This document shows positions 50,318 through 62,724 of a stretch of 64,000 bases of DNA, piece by piece (the first letter of the stretch is position 1; each line of letters begins with the position of its first letter). This DNA comes from Macrostomum lignano. Its lineage: Eukaryota. The notes below the pieces were generated by a model, which was not told the DNA's origin, made no database searches, and saw nothing but the letters and a program-made list of their open reading frames with translations. The DNA lies in contig NIVC01000500.1 in assembly GCA_002269645.1 (NCBI GenBank), positions 229,561 to 293,560 of the forward strand, given 5' to 3'. Position numbers and translations under genes: made by a program.

Positions 50318-50757
50318 TGTTGGCTAAGCGCCATGTCCACCGGCCTGGGCCCGGCGATACGGAATCCGGCCAGATCCTCGGCCAGCTGGCTAGCATCGGC
50401 GTCAGGCGATTCTGGCCGAGCGGAGTCGCACGGCGAAGCGGCTCGACTGGGCGAGGACTGCGCCTGGATCGAATTGCTGTCCGAATCTTTGTCCTCGCTC
50501 TCGTAGCCCGGATCGGGGCGACGCTGCTGAGGCTGTTGCATCGGCGACGACATTGCAGGCGAAATCAGCGCGGACGACTGCAGCGGCGCTGGTGGCGGTG
50601 GCGCCGAAAACGCGGACATCGGCATCGGCACTGACATCGTCGGCATTGGTGGCGAAGGTAGACAGCAGAACGGCGGCGGTGGCACGCTAAAGTCAAGGCC
50701 GTGAGGCGGCGGTGGCACAGAGATATTCACTGGGTGCTGGTAGCCGTAAGTCGACAT
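50318..50757 (-). CDS. Exon 1, Pro/Ser-rich N-terminus of the zf-3CxxC protein
   Basis: ATG at 50757 (MSTYGYQHP), donor CA|GTAAGT, phase 2. Confidence 0.85.
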
Positions 50758-50860
50758 TATATTGTTAGGCAAGTAAAAATGATATTCGCAGCAGAGCTTG
50801 CTTAAGTTTGCTTAGGAGTTGCTTTTGGCTTGAAGGGCCTCTGGCTGCCAGGGGATCTTG

Positions 50861-50867
50861 TTATATA
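50861..50867 (-). promoter_or_regulatory. Candidate TATA box (TATATAA)
   Basis: About 105 nt upstream of the ATG, in GC-richer context. Confidence 0.35.
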
Positions 50868-53049
50868 GGCCCCCTGATTCGAGGGGCAGTCTATTTTTAG
50901 AACTGAGTCAACCCAAAGCAACGTAAGAAACACGTTGGCAGAATGGGGCCCGATTCCACTGTACTACAGGGCGGGGGTTGAAGGCGAATCCTCGACCTAA
51001 GGAAAATTCTAGAATTTTGGCATCTATTTTTAGGTCAGTGGATACTATTCGTCAGATTCTATTTTTAGCATCACGCTTCAGTAGTGGAGAGAAATAACCA
51101 CGGCTTTCCCCTGGACTCGCCATTGGTTTGCAAGTAGAAGCAAGTCGCCACACGCGAGGGTATGAGAAGAACGGGGTCGGTTGGCGCCCACCCCCTCCGC
51201 ATGCGCGCCACCGCACATTGCAAGTTCATTTGGTTCAGTTCAGTGGGGTTGGTCACGCGAGAGTGGAGTGAGAAAAAGTAGAGAGGAAAGGCGGGAGGGC
51301 AACTGCATGGCCAGGGTCGTCATTCAAGTTCGCTGTGTCATTCAATTTCTGAAACAAAATAAAAGGGAACTTCCACCTCAGTGGCATTAAAATAAAGTTT
51401 AACTGAAATGAAACGGAGGCGTGCCAAGTGCCAACTAATACAGTGTGGTTAGATCAGATTAAGGCATGGACAGTTAAATGAGTGTTTAAAACAGATTATA
51501 CGGTACGCATGCGATGCGCATTTGTAAAAAGTTTATGATAGAAATGACAAACTAATTAATGGTTGCAAGTTTTCGAAGTTTAATTTGAACTTCGAACGTT
51601 TAGGTGCAATGAAGCTTTTCAGTTGGTCTGGTCTAGATAATAATAGAATAACAGAAAGTCTCGTGATCCCATCCCAATCCCTTAGCAACACATATTTAGT
51701 TATCTAAATCCCTTACAGCGTGACATCCCCATTTTTCCCAGTTGATCCCCATTCCCTATTCAATACTGCACTTACGTTAGTCAGCTGATTTTTTGGTGCA
51801 GTGGAATAGCGGATAGGAAATGCAGACAGAAGGGTATATAATTACTGTACATTAGCCGTTTTGGCATAAGCCATAAAATATTGTAATCCAATAAGTGTAT
51901 TTATGACAGGATAATAATGTAGATAGTTATTAAAATTTACTAGATAGTTATTGCTTTCATGACGAATAAAAAGGAATTTTTTCTAAGTTTAGTTTTAGTT
52001 CCTTATTCTAAGGAACAGATACAAATATTTCCACGCCATCATTAGTTCCGTGTTGGCCCACCCCAAACCTGCCCGCCCTTCCTCCTCACGGTAGATTTCT
52101 TAGAAATCATGAAATCAGCTCAAGGTCATAAAATGTTCCTAGTAGAGTTAGCTAGCTGTACGCGACATTTTGTTGTCTGGGCGGGAGGCCATGAATTCCT
52201 TTCTTTCCAACTCTCCCTCAAGTGACAACCCGCAGTGATCAACTTGACCAATGTACATGCTGGCCATAAACACACCAATGTACAATCTATTTTTAGATCT
52301 GGACGCACCCCCTCTGTCTGTCCACGCGCCAGCAGATAGAAACGGAGTGACTTGGGGGTAAGTTTCATATGTTAGACGGCGTGTCATTTCACGCTGGAAC
52401 TTATGCGTCACTGTACGCCCTGAGCTGGCTCAGTTGGCCCTCGCTCTGCTGCGTACGTAATGTGTACGTGTACTGTCTGTCTGTCTGATTGTGGAGAGTA
52501 AGCCAAATGAAATTTCCTACGAAAACATTTGAGTTATAATACAGCTAAGCCAAACAGCCTACTAATCGTTTTCTTGTTTGTTCAGTAGGCTTCAGGGGTC
52601 ACGTCACGTCACGTGTCAAAAATTGAAATATCGAAATCAATAATTAGGAAATGCATGTACGGCAGCTAAACCCTGGATTTATTTTTACAAATCCAGTCCA
52701 CCAGAAACACAGACAAGCTCATGATTAGTCGGAACAGAATGGTAGATTTCTGTATTAGCGTATTAGCGATGTGTATTAGCGATAGGATAAGCAGAGAAAA
52801 TTCGAGAGGGTAAAACAAGAAGGGTCACACTCACATGCAATGACAAGGCATTCCTGTCTTTCGTTAAGTGTCTTTTCCGGATCGCTTTCACAAGACCGAA
52901 CTTTCACATCGTGGAAAACTTGATATAACAAGGACCCTGCACCCCCAAAAATACACCCAAATTTGTGTTTAGGAGCGCGGAGTTCTAAAACAGTAATTTT
53001 TCAAACTTTTTACACAACCCTTTAATTGGCTTCAGTTCTCCTTCAGTTC

Positions 53050-53640
53050 AGGAGAGAAGAGGAGAGGAGAGGAGAGGAGAGGAGAGGAGAGGAGAGGAGA
53101 GGAGAGGAGAGAAGAGGAGAGGAGAGGAAGAGGAGAGGAGAGGAGAGAAGAGGAGAGGAGAGGAGAAGAGAGTAGAGGAGAGTAGAGTAGAGTGGAAGAG
53201 AGTAGAGTAGAGTAGAGTAGAGTAGAGGAGAGGATAGGAGAGAGGGGAGAGGAGAGGAGAGGAGAGGAGAGGAGAGGAGAGGAGAGGAGAGGAGAGGAGA
53301 GGAGAGGAGAGGAGAGAGGGGAGGAGAGGAGAGAGGGGAGGAGAGGACAGAGGAGAGGACAGAGGAGAGGAGAGGAGAGCAGAGGAGAGAAGAGGAGAGG
53401 AGAGGAGAAGAGAGGAGAGAAGAGGAGAGGAGAGAAGAGGAGAGGAGAGGAAGAGGAGAGGAGAGAAGAGGAGAGGAGAGAAGAGGAGAGAAGAGGAGAA
53501 GAGAGTAGAGGAGAGTAGAGTAGAGTGGAAGAGAGTAGAGTAGAGTAGAGGAGAGGATAGGAGAGAGGGGAGAGAGGAGAGGAGAGGAGAGGGGAGGAGA
53601 GGAGAGGAGAGGAGAGGAGAGGAGAGGAGAGAGGGGAGAG

Positions 53641-53671
<31 letters not shown>

Positions 53672-54599
53672 GGGAGAGGAGAGGAGAGGAGAGGAGAGGA
53701 GAGAGGGGAGGAGAGGAGAGAGGGGAGGAGAGGACAGAGGAGAGGACAGAGGAGAGGAGAGGAGAGGAGAGAAGAGGAGAGGAGAGGAGAGAAGAAGAGG
53801 AGAGGAGAGAAGAGTAGAGGAGAGGAAGAGGAGAGGAGAGGAGAGAAGAGAAGAGGAGAGGAGAGGAGAGAAGAGGAGAGGAGAAGATAGTAGAGGAGAG
53901 TAGAGTAGAGTGGAAGAGAGTAGAGTAGAGTAGAGTAGAGTAGAGTAGAGTAGAGGAGAGGATAGGAGAGAGGGGAGAGGAGAGGAGAGGAGAGGAGAGG
54001 AGAGGAGAGAGGGGAGAGGAGAGGAGAGAGGGAGGTGAGAGGGGAGAGGGGAGGAGAGGAGAGGAGAGAGGGGAGGAGAGGAGAGGAGAGGAGAGGAGAG
54101 AGGGGAGGAGAGGAGAGAGGGGAGGAGAGGACAGAAGAGAGGGGAGGAGAGGAGAGGAGAGGAGAGGAGAGAGGGGAGGAGAGGAGAGAGGGGAGGAGAG
54201 GACATAAGAGAGGACAGAGGAGAGGAGAGGAGAGGAGAGGAGAGGAGAGGAGAGAAGAGGAGAGGAGAGGAAGAGGAGAGGAGAGGAGAGAAGAGAAGAG
54301 GAGAGGAGAGGAGAGGAAGAGGAGAGGAGAGGAGAGAAGAGAAGAGGAGAGGAGAGGAGAGGAGAGGAGAGGAGAGGAGAGAAGAGGAGAGGAGAGGAAG
54401 AGGAGAGGAGAGGAGAGAAGAGGAGAGGAGAGGAGAGGAGAGGAGAAGAGAGTAGAGGAGAGTAGAGTAGAGTGGAAGAGAGTAGAGTAGAGTAGAGGAG
54501 AGGAGAGGATAGGGAGAGGGGAGAGGATAGGAGAGGAGAGGAGAGGAGTGGAGAGGAGAGTAGAGGAGAGGAGAGGAGAGGAGAGGAGAGAGGGGAGAG

Positions 54600-54630
<31 letters not shown>

Positions 54631-55105
54631 GGGAGAGGGGAGAGGAGAGGAGAAGAGAGAGGGGAGGAGAGGAGAGAGGGGAGGAGAGGACAGAAGAGAG
54701 GACAGAGGAGAGGAGAGGAGAGGAGAGGAGAGGAGAGGAGAGGATAGGAGAGAGGAGAGGAGAGGAGAGGAGAGAGGGGAGGAGAGGACAGAGGAGAGGA
54801 GAGAGGGGAGGAGAGGAGAGAGGGGAGGAGAGGAGAGAGGGGAGGAGAGGACAGAAGAGAGGACAGAGGAGAGGAGAGGAGAGGAGAGGAGAGAGAGGAG
54901 AGGAGAGGATAGGAGAGAGGAGAGGAGAGGAGGAGAGAGGGGAGGAGAGGAGAGAGGGGAGGAGAGGACAGAAGAGAGGACAGAGAGGAGAGGAGAGGAG
55001 AGGAGAGGAGAGGAGAGGAGAGGAGAGGATAGGAGAGAGGAGAGGAGAGGAGAGGAGAGAGGGGAGGAGAGGACAGAGGAGAGGAGAGAGGGGAGAAGAT
55101 AGGAG
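53050..55105. repeat. (GAGAG)n-type polypurine tract, about 2 kb
   Basis: Direct. Confidence 0.97.
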
Positions 55106-55864
55106 ATTAGAGAGAAGACAGCTGAGAAGAGACAAACCTTAGGAGGGCCGGATTACTATTGTAAAGTTTCAAAGGACCCGAGGGCCGTATAGAGAGGCTT
55201 TGCGGGCCGGAGTTTTCCGACCCCTGAGTTAAACAAAGCAAGAAAGCAGCATAAGATAAAAACGTAAATTCAAAATAAAATAGAAATAGATGTAGGCAAG
55301 TGGAAAGGACAATAAAGGGTGTCACACTTTGAGTTTTTGTTTAGAAGCAGCTAAACATACCGATTGCAAATCTAGCTCTAATCAATTGATACATTATATA
55401 TTATCAGTTGTCACAATGCATCTCCAGCAAGCCGCATATTTCGACCTTCCTACTTACAGTAAGCTACAATGATAACGAACCGAAATTAAGATAGTTAAAG
55501 CCGATGGAAGTCTAGCTCTTAAAAAAATAGTTTTTCTGAAGTAAAACAAAGGACAATTACTTGTGAAGTTTTGAATTTTGTATTTTGTCGAACAGAAAAA
55601 ATGAATCGAAGCACACAACACATTAACAATAAACACTTTATTAATGCTACTACCAGATTATGAGTTTATACCAACGTTTATTGTATATGGACAATATTAG
55701 ATTTGAATTATTTACTAAATATATTAAGCAATTTCGACTACAATTAAAATAAGGAAAAAATGCTAAAATATGATAAGAAAGAATTGGTACTTTTAATGCA
55801 CTAATTGCCTCGGTTCACTAGAGTGGTTCAGCATGTAACACTTTCCATATAAGTAATACTGAGT

Positions 55865-56410
55865 CTCTGGGAATTCTGAGCAAACAATAAATACCCCATG
55901 AGTCCCTGGGGGCTGGGGCAATCTGAGAAATCAATAAATACCCCATGAGTCCCTGGGGGCTGGGGCAATCTGATAGATCAATAAATACCCCATGAGTCCC
56001 TGGGGCTGGGGCAATCTGAGAAATCAATAAATACCCCATGAGCCCTGGGGGCTGGGGAACTTGAGCAATCAATAAATATCCCATGAGTCCCTTAGGACAT
56101 TCTGAGAAATCAATAAAGACCTCATGAGTTTTTGGGAAACATGAGAAATCAATAAATACCCTATAGAGTTTTTGGGAAAACCTGAGAAATCAATAAATAC
56201 CCCATGAGTTTTTGGGAAAACCTGAGCAATCAATAAATACCCCAAGAATCCCTTAGGACAATCTGAGAAATCAATAAATGCCCAATAAGTCCCTTAGGAC
56301 AATCTAAGAAATCAATAAATCATATAAATCTGAGAAATCAATGAATACCCCATGAGTCCCTTATGACAATCTGAGAAATCAATAAATACCCAATGAGCCC
56401 CTGGGGCAAT
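55865..56410. repeat. About 47-bp tandem repeat (GAGAAATCAATAAATACCCCATGAGTCCC...)
   Basis: Period 47 at 55921 and 55968; degenerates to the right. Confidence 0.9.
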
Positions 56411-56520
56411 TTAAAAAAACAAATGCCACACGAATCTTGAACAATGTGACAACACAAACTTTTTATTGAAAATACTTGAAAAGCGAGACTACTGCACCAC
56501 TAAGCGAATCAATCACTATA

Positions 56521-57825
56521 CTACTGACAGTAGATTGTTACCCGACCGCAATTGACGCACACATTGAAGGCAGACTCCGGCTGCGAGGCATCCAAATCAC
56601 AGGCGACGCCATTAGCCAGCCACAATCGCTGATTAGTCAAAGCCAGGGTGCCCCGCTCAACATCAACCCCATCTGCTAGCCAATCCTTCAACTCCCAATC
56701 CTTCACAGCAGCATCCAATTGTTGTTGGCGCCGAGCGTTGGCATTGTTGACAGCTAGGCGAATAGCTCGACCGGGAAGGGTTGACGTGCGAGTGCAGCCG
56801 CACTCTTCACAACAGCTGTTGCTTCTGTTGCCAGTGCATTTGCTGCTATCAGTGCTAAGCAAGTCGATGGCTTGGTCCAACTGCTGGGCGGCGGTTTTCC
56901 TGGAATCAATTCGATAGCATTCGATGCTGGCATTGGCCAGCCTGGGCTGCACAGTTTCACAATAGCCGCCAGCTGCTAGGAATACTCGGCGACAGTTTTT
57001 GCTGCTGCTGCTCCTAGAAGATATTAATTGGCTAACGGTGGACTCGCGAGCTTTGGACATGTTTGACAGTGAACTCGGCGTGCAGATCACTACTGATTCT
57101 ACGCCCAACTGGTCTCGCAGGCGCGAGTCTAGACCGCGAAGTGCGGGATCAACTCCCACTATAACAGAGCCATTATTAGTGCTCGCTGTCTTCAAATCTG
57201 ACTCTGCCATTGCTGGAAGAAACATTGATTCGACAATTAGGCGGCTCTCATCGCTAGTAGCGGCCAATAGAAGCGCCTGGCGCACCAACAGCGGGCACAG
57301 GGCGTCCAGAGCGGCGTAAACAATCTGACTGCGGCGCAAGGGTCGCCGGGACCAGTCGCTCAGCCGTTCAGATTTGTCCAAACGCCTGCCGAGCACTTGC
57401 TGGCACAGTTCGCTCAGGCCGCGCTCGCCGCCACACTCGTCTGTAGCGGACCGGTTCAGCCGATGCAGCAGCTCCGGATGCTCGGCTACTAATCTCTTTG
57501 CTAATCCGTCCAGATCAACCAGGCCGTTGAACTGAACAGCAGAAGGCAGCGGAGAGCCAGCCGCAGACAGAACTTGACTTAATCGGCGAAGATCTTCGCC
57601 AATGCCGATGCCCAGCTTGGGCACCGCGGGATCGGCCAGGACGCCAGTCAGACTGAGCCAGTGCTGTTGCTTCACCTGCAACAGGCTGGGCAAGTCGAAT
57701 AGGTAAACTCGACGGTTGGGCTCCTCAATTGCAATCTGTAATAGCTGGATTAAAGCCGATGATGAGGCTGGGCAGCTGTTTGAATTCGATGACCATTCAG
57801 CGTCAATGCCGAGACGACTGGCTGC
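56521..57825 (-). CDS. EXD3: Mut-7/EXD3 terminal exon: DEDDy exonuclease + Mut7-C + Zn ribbon
   Basis: Acceptor attcaacag|GCA; GIDAEW, LVDL, GLSELCQQVLGRRLDKSERLSDWSRRPLRRSQIVYAALDA; CEEC and CVNC. Confidence 0.93.
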   Translation of the reverse strand, partial: AASRLGIDAEWSSNSNSCPASSSALIQLLQIAIEEPNRRVYLFDLPSLLQVKQQHWLSLTGVLADPAVPKLGIGIGEDLRRLSQVLSAAGSPLPSAVQFNGLVDLDGLAKRLVAEHPELLHRLNRSATDECGGERGLSELCQQVLGRRLDKSERLSDWSRRPLRRSQIVYAALDALCPLLVRQALLLAATSDESRLIVESMFLPAMAESDLKTASTNNGSVIVGVDPALRGLDSRLRDQLGVESVVICTPSSLSNMSKARESTVSQLISSRSSSSKNCRRVFLAAGGYCETVQPRLANASIECYRIDSRKTAAQQLDQAIDLLSTDSSKCTGNRSNSCCEECGCTRTSTLPGRAIRLAVNNANARRQQQLDAAVKDWELKDWLADGVDVERGTLALTNQRLWLANGVACDLDASQPESAFNVCVNCGRVTIYCQ

Positions 57826-57944
57826 CTGTTGAATGGGAATAGAAATGATGGAGTAGATATATTCTTACTGATTAGCGTGCAGTGACTTTAAATGGTGTAC
57901 TGCATGGCTTCACGTATGATCAATATCAGCCTCTTAGCTTGCAA

Positions 57945-58480
57945 CCTGTTAGAGTGCAGCCTGGTAGATAGAGTGCAGCCTGGTAGATAGTGTAACCTGT
58001 TAGATAGAGTGCAGTCTGTTAGATAGGATGTAACCTGTTAGATAGGGTGTAACCTGTTAGATAGTGTAACCTGTTAGATAGAGTGCAGCCTGGTAGATAG
58101 AGTACAGTCTGTTAGATAGGATGTAACCTGTTAGATAGGGTGTAACCTGTTAGATAAGGTGTAACCTGTTAGATAGTGTAACCTGTTAGATAGGGTGTAA
58201 CCTGTTAGATAGGGTATAACCTGTTAGATAGGGTGTAACCTGTTAGATAGTGTAACCTGTTAGATAGGGTGTAACCTGTTAGATAGGGTGTAACCTGATA
58301 GATAGGGCGCATCCTGTTAGATAGAGTGCAGCCTGTTAGATAGTTTGTAACCTGTTAGATAGAGTGCAGCCTGTTAGATAGTTTGTAACCTGTTAGAGTG
58401 CAGCCTGTTAGATAGTTTATAACCTGTTAGATAGAGTTCAGCCTGTTAAATAGTGTAACCTGTTATATAGAGTGCAGCCT
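57945..58480. repeat. 19-bp minisatellite (TGTAACCTGTTAGATAGGG)
   Basis: Tandem units; EXD3 intron. Confidence 0.93.
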
Positions 58481-58758
58481 GCAAATCCCCCAATCAAGAT
58501 CCCGCAAAAGACCAGAAAAGGGAAAAATTATAGAAACTTCAATGTTAGAAAAAACATTTCCTAACCGTGCTTTATTCACTGATAAAAATCTAATCGATTT
58601 GATCAACAAACACAATACTACTGTAGACGCGGGTCAACGATGCGTTAAAAACCCGATAGCAAAAACGCATATTTATATACAAGCGCCTAACGGGACCTGC
58701 GAGAAGGCCAGAGCAGGCACACACGACACACAGAGAAAGCAAGTTTGACTTAGTTGCC

Positions 58759-59208
58759 ATGGGCGGTACTCAGTCCTGGCTATCGTGCGACAAAACCTAT
58801 CCAAACCCAACAGGGCAGTCGCAGCCGCCTATTAACTCGGCTGGTAGTCACCATGGCAGCATTAATCACACGACCGATGCAGGCAGTTTGCCATTGGCAA
58901 TGGCCATGTTTTTAATCGCACTATTGGGTGTATTGGTCTGCACCTGTGTGGCCAACTGCTTAGCCATCGGTTGCGGTTGCTGCTACTGCTGCTGTTGCCA
59001 AACGAACAGTGGTGAGCAGCAAGGACGCCAGGCCGATGATAATTCTGGCTCTGCGCCATCCAGTGAGGCTGAAGACTCGGTTAACGACGATGATGATGAG
59101 GTAGTCAAGATAGTGACGACGGCGTCTGAGCTGCCGCAGGCGCAGGCCCCAGCACAGCCAGCTGCTGGTTTCCATGACAACGCAGGATTTTTGAGCTACT
59201 ATTATTGA
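58759..59208 (+). CDS. Nested antisense ORF: 149-aa single-pass membrane protein with a Cys cluster
   Basis: GCCATGG start, MGGTQS, hydrophobic LAMAMFLIALLGVLVCTCVANCLAIG, CGCCYCCCC, acidic tail. Non-repetitive island between two arrays. Confidence 0.7.
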   Translation: MGGTQSWLSCDKTYPNPTGQSQPPINSAGSHHGSINHTTDAGSLPLAMAMFLIALLGVLVCTCVANCLAIGCGCCYCCCCQTNSGEQQGRQADDNSGSAPSSEAEDSVNDDDDEVVKIVTTASELPQAQAPAQPAAGFHDNAGFLSYYY

Positions 59209-59216
59209 CAAAGATC

Positions 59217-59808
59217 GACTCTGCGTGACCCGAGCTGACCTGACTCTGCGTGACCCGAGCTGACCCGACTGCTGACTCCGCGTGACCTGAGCTGACCCGA
59301 GCTGACCTGACTCTGCGTGACCCGAGCTGACCCGACTGCTGACTCCGCGTGACCTGAGCTGACCCGAGCTGACCTGACTCTGCGTGACCCGAGCTGACCC
59401 GACTGCTGACTCCGCGTGACCTGAGCTGACCCGAGCTGACCTGACTCTGCGTGACCCGAGCTGACCCGACTGCTGACTCCGCGTGACCTGAGCTGACCTG
59501 ACTCTGCGTGACCCGAGCTGACCTGACAAGGAACCTGCGTGACCCGAGCTGACCTGACAAGGAACCTGCGTGACCCGAGCTGACCTGACAAGGAACCTGC
59601 GTGACCCGAGCTGACCTGACAAGGAACCTGCGTGACCCGAGCTGACCTGACAAGGAACCTGCGTGACCCGAGCTGACCTGACAAGGAACCTGCGTGACCC
59701 GAGCTGACCTGACAAGGAACCTGCGTGACCCGAGCTGACCTGACAAGGAACCTGCGTGACCCGAGCTGACCTGACAAGGAACCTGCGTGACCCGAGCTGA
59801 CCTGACAA
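59217..59808. repeat. Compound minisatellite (GCGTGACCCGAGCTGACC core; 31-bp unit on the right)
   Basis: Tandem units. Confidence 0.95.
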
Positions 59809-60112
59809 TGAACCTGTGTAACTTATTGCAACAAGAAGACTTCATAAGAACTATTGACGCAGATAAATAAATAGCGTTAAACGCGTCTGAATCTCGCGCT
59901 GCACGACCCCTGGTTCGATTCCGTGTGATTAATTCGGGGTCAGCCATGAGGCCCAACCCCCAAGGCACAGAGACTGTACATGCCTGACTATTAGAAAGTC
60001 AAAGGGCCGCTGTACACCCTGTTTGAGCGAGTGTATGAGTGCGTGCCTGAGCACCGCGTTGGCTGTGGCATGATGTCGCCAGGGTTGGCCTATACAGCTC
60101 GCGAACACCAAC

Positions 60113-60521
60113 CTGAATGTGGCCAACAGCCAGTTGAAATTCCTCAGCCGAATCAACCCAGACAACACCATCCGACTCCAATTCCAACGGTAGAGTCAGT
60201 GTTGGCGACTCGGCTGAAGCACTGGCACTGGCGAATCCTCCGGGAAAGCCCGCTGATTGGTCATCTTCGCTATCGGCTTCCGCCCAGTTGCCGGGCAGCT
60301 GCCGCCAGGCCTCGTAGCGATCCTGCAGCCGGTGAGGCAGGTCCTCCATAGTCCAGCAGAACTCTTGCAGGGAGTAGTTCAACGCCTCGTCCAGCTTGCC
60401 GTGCTGCATCAGGCTGGTCACGATTTCGCGTTGCAATTCCGGGTCGTCCAGAATCGGATCGATCAGCTGATCGAGCTGCTCGGATAGGGCCGCCCGACTC
60501 AGGCAGCGATTGATGAGGCGC
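60113..60521 (-). CDS. EXD3: EXD3 exon
   Basis: Acceptor actcgcag|G (phase 2), donor CAG|GTTGGT (phase 0); ends VVWVDSAEEFQLAVGHIQ. Confidence 0.88.
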
Positions 60522-60540
60522 CTGCGAGTGATGGTGGAAC

Positions 60541-60548
60541 AGACACTA

Positions 60549-60581
<33 letters not shown>

Positions 60582-60652
60582 CTAAGACAGACAGACTAAA
60601 AGACAGACACTAAGACAGACAGACTAACAGACAGACAGACAGACAGACACTA

Positions 60653-60701
<49 letters not shown>

Positions 60702-60784
60702 CTAAGACAGACAGACAGACAGACACTAAGACAGACAGACAGACAGACAGACACCAAGACAGACAGACAGACAGACAGACACTA

Positions 60785-60837
<53 letters not shown>

Positions 60838-60840
60838 CTA

Positions 60841-60905
<65 letters not shown>

Positions 60906-60955
60906 CTAGACAGACAGACAGACACTAAGACAGACAGACAGACAGACAGACACCA

Positions 60956-60992
<37 letters not shown>

Positions 60993-60995
60993 CTA

Positions 60996-61032
<37 letters not shown>

Positions 61033-61035
61033 CTA

Positions 61036-61082
<47 letters not shown>

Positions 61083-61100
61083 GACAGACAGGACAGGACA
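60541..61100. repeat. (GACA)n with CACTAA interruptions
   Basis: Direct. Confidence 0.97.
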
Positions 61101-61128
61101 GATAATAAGACACGCAGCAGCAACTCAC

Positions 61129-61475
61129 TCTCGCAGCAGGAAGCGGACCTTATCAGCGGTCAGTCTCTTAGCCCTAGCCGGACAGACATCGGCCGGGTCC
61201 ACCCCGAACTTCTTGGTCAGCCTGTCCAGCAGTTTGCGCAGCTGCTGCGGCAGCAGTTTCTCCGGGCGCAGGTCAGGCAGCCGGCGATCGTTCAGTTCTA
61301 AAACTAAACTCTTGCCATTCTCTAAAGCGTCGTCAAGGTAACGCAGAGTAGCTAACTGAGCGTCCGGATTCGAGTCCAGGAATTCCTCGGCAACGCCAAC
61401 TTTGTCCTGGCCAATCAGAGGCAGCACAAGTTCGTCGGGCGATAGCAGCTCTTGAATGTACAGGGCAGTGGCAGC
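61129..61475 (-). CDS. EXD3: EXD3 exon
   Basis: Acceptor cacctcag|GCT, donor GA|GTGAGT; [18 protein letters not shown] resembles EXD3 IPLLLQDKVALVERYV. Confidence 0.88.
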
Positions 61476-61639
61476 CTGAGGTGGGCGAGGCGGTGAGGCC
61501 AGTTGACTTGTTGGTTACCAGCTTACTATCAGTGTTTAGCTGCACGAAATTATAAAGTCAAGTGACCGATCAAGGTCCTACAGAATAGCGGTATGATTTA
61601 TCACGGAAAATGCATGAATGTGCGTTAAATAAGGGAGAA

Positions 61640-62215
61640 AAAAGGATAGAAAACGGACAAGGAAAACAAAAGGGGGAGAAGCGAGAGAAAGGAGAAGAGA
61701 AGAAGAGGGAGGAGAAGAGAGAGGGGGGAGAAGGGGAGAAAGGAGAGATGGGGGAGAAGTGGGAGAGCGAGAGAAGGGAAGAAGGGGGAGAAAGTGGAGA
61801 AAGTAGAGAAGGGAGACAGGGAGAAGGGAGAGAAGGGAGACAGGGAGAAGGGAGAGAAGGGAGGCAGGGAGAAGGAGAGAAGGGAGACAGGGAGAAGGGA
61901 GAGAAGGGAGGCAGGGAGAAGGAGAGAAGGGAGACAGGGAGAAGGGAGAGAAGGGAGACAGGGAGAAGGGAGAGAAGGGAGGCAGGGAGAAGGGAGAGAA
62001 GGGAGGCAGGGAGAAGGGAGAGAAGGGAGGCAGGGAGAAGGGAGAGAAGGGAGACAGGGAGAAGGGAGAGAAGGGAGACAGGGGAGAAGGGAGAGAAGGG
62101 AGACAGGGAGAAGGAGAGAAGGGAGACAGGGAGAAGGGAGAGAAGGGAGACAGGGAGAAGGGAGAGAAGGGAGACAGGGAGAAGGGAGAGAAGGGAGACA
62201 GGGAAGAAAAAAGCA
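61640..62215. repeat. GA-rich ~24-bp repeat (GGGAGAGAAGGGAGACAGGGAGAA)
   Basis: Direct. Confidence 0.93.
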
Positions 62216-62273
62216 GGGACAAAAACTTAAATACTGACCGGCTCCAACGCCCTCCAACCCTGTAGCAGCTCAC

Positions 62274-62684
62274 CTGGGCAGCCTCCTTGTACAGGTGCAA
62301 TTCAATGAGACGCCGGATAACAACCAGAAACGATTGCGCAACGGGCCTCTCAGTGAGCTGAAACGCATCGCCAACCAGACAGAAGAACTGCAGGCCACCT
62401 CTGTAGCCAAGGCAGAAGGCCAATTGCTTGAGCCAAACTGGCAGAGCCCGGCCGCTTTGCCTCCGCTCCCGCTGCCAGTCAATTAGCTCGCTGACGCAGA
62501 CCAGCTCAAAGCTGCCCGGCTGGCCAAATTGCTGCTTCTGCTGCGATTTCTTCTTCCTGCCCGAATTCGGCACTCTACACCCGGAGTCAGCCAGACACCA
62601 AGCCGATGTCCACGGACTGCCGACCGAGTCGAAGCAGCGGCGAAGAGCTCGACGAAGTTCGGGCAAATTGTCAACTCCAATGGC
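62274..62684 (-). CDS. EXD3: EXD3, most 5' exon visible; no start codon
   Basis: Acceptor gcttccag|GCC, donor CAG|GTGAGC; IRRLIELHLYKEAAQ resembles EXD3 VHRLHHEGRFREAAT. Confidence 0.85.
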
Positions 62685-62724
62685 CTGGAAGCAGTGAATA
62701 GTACATCTGAGGGGATTCTAATGC

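Noticed and set aside
52126-52430. 87-aa minus-strand ORF upstream of the zf-3CxxC gene
   Set aside because: No motif and no phase-compatible partner exon found.
52597-52615. Tandem CRE/G-box-like TCACGTCACGTCACGTG
   Set aside because: Short 5-bp microrepeat, not tied to a known TSS.
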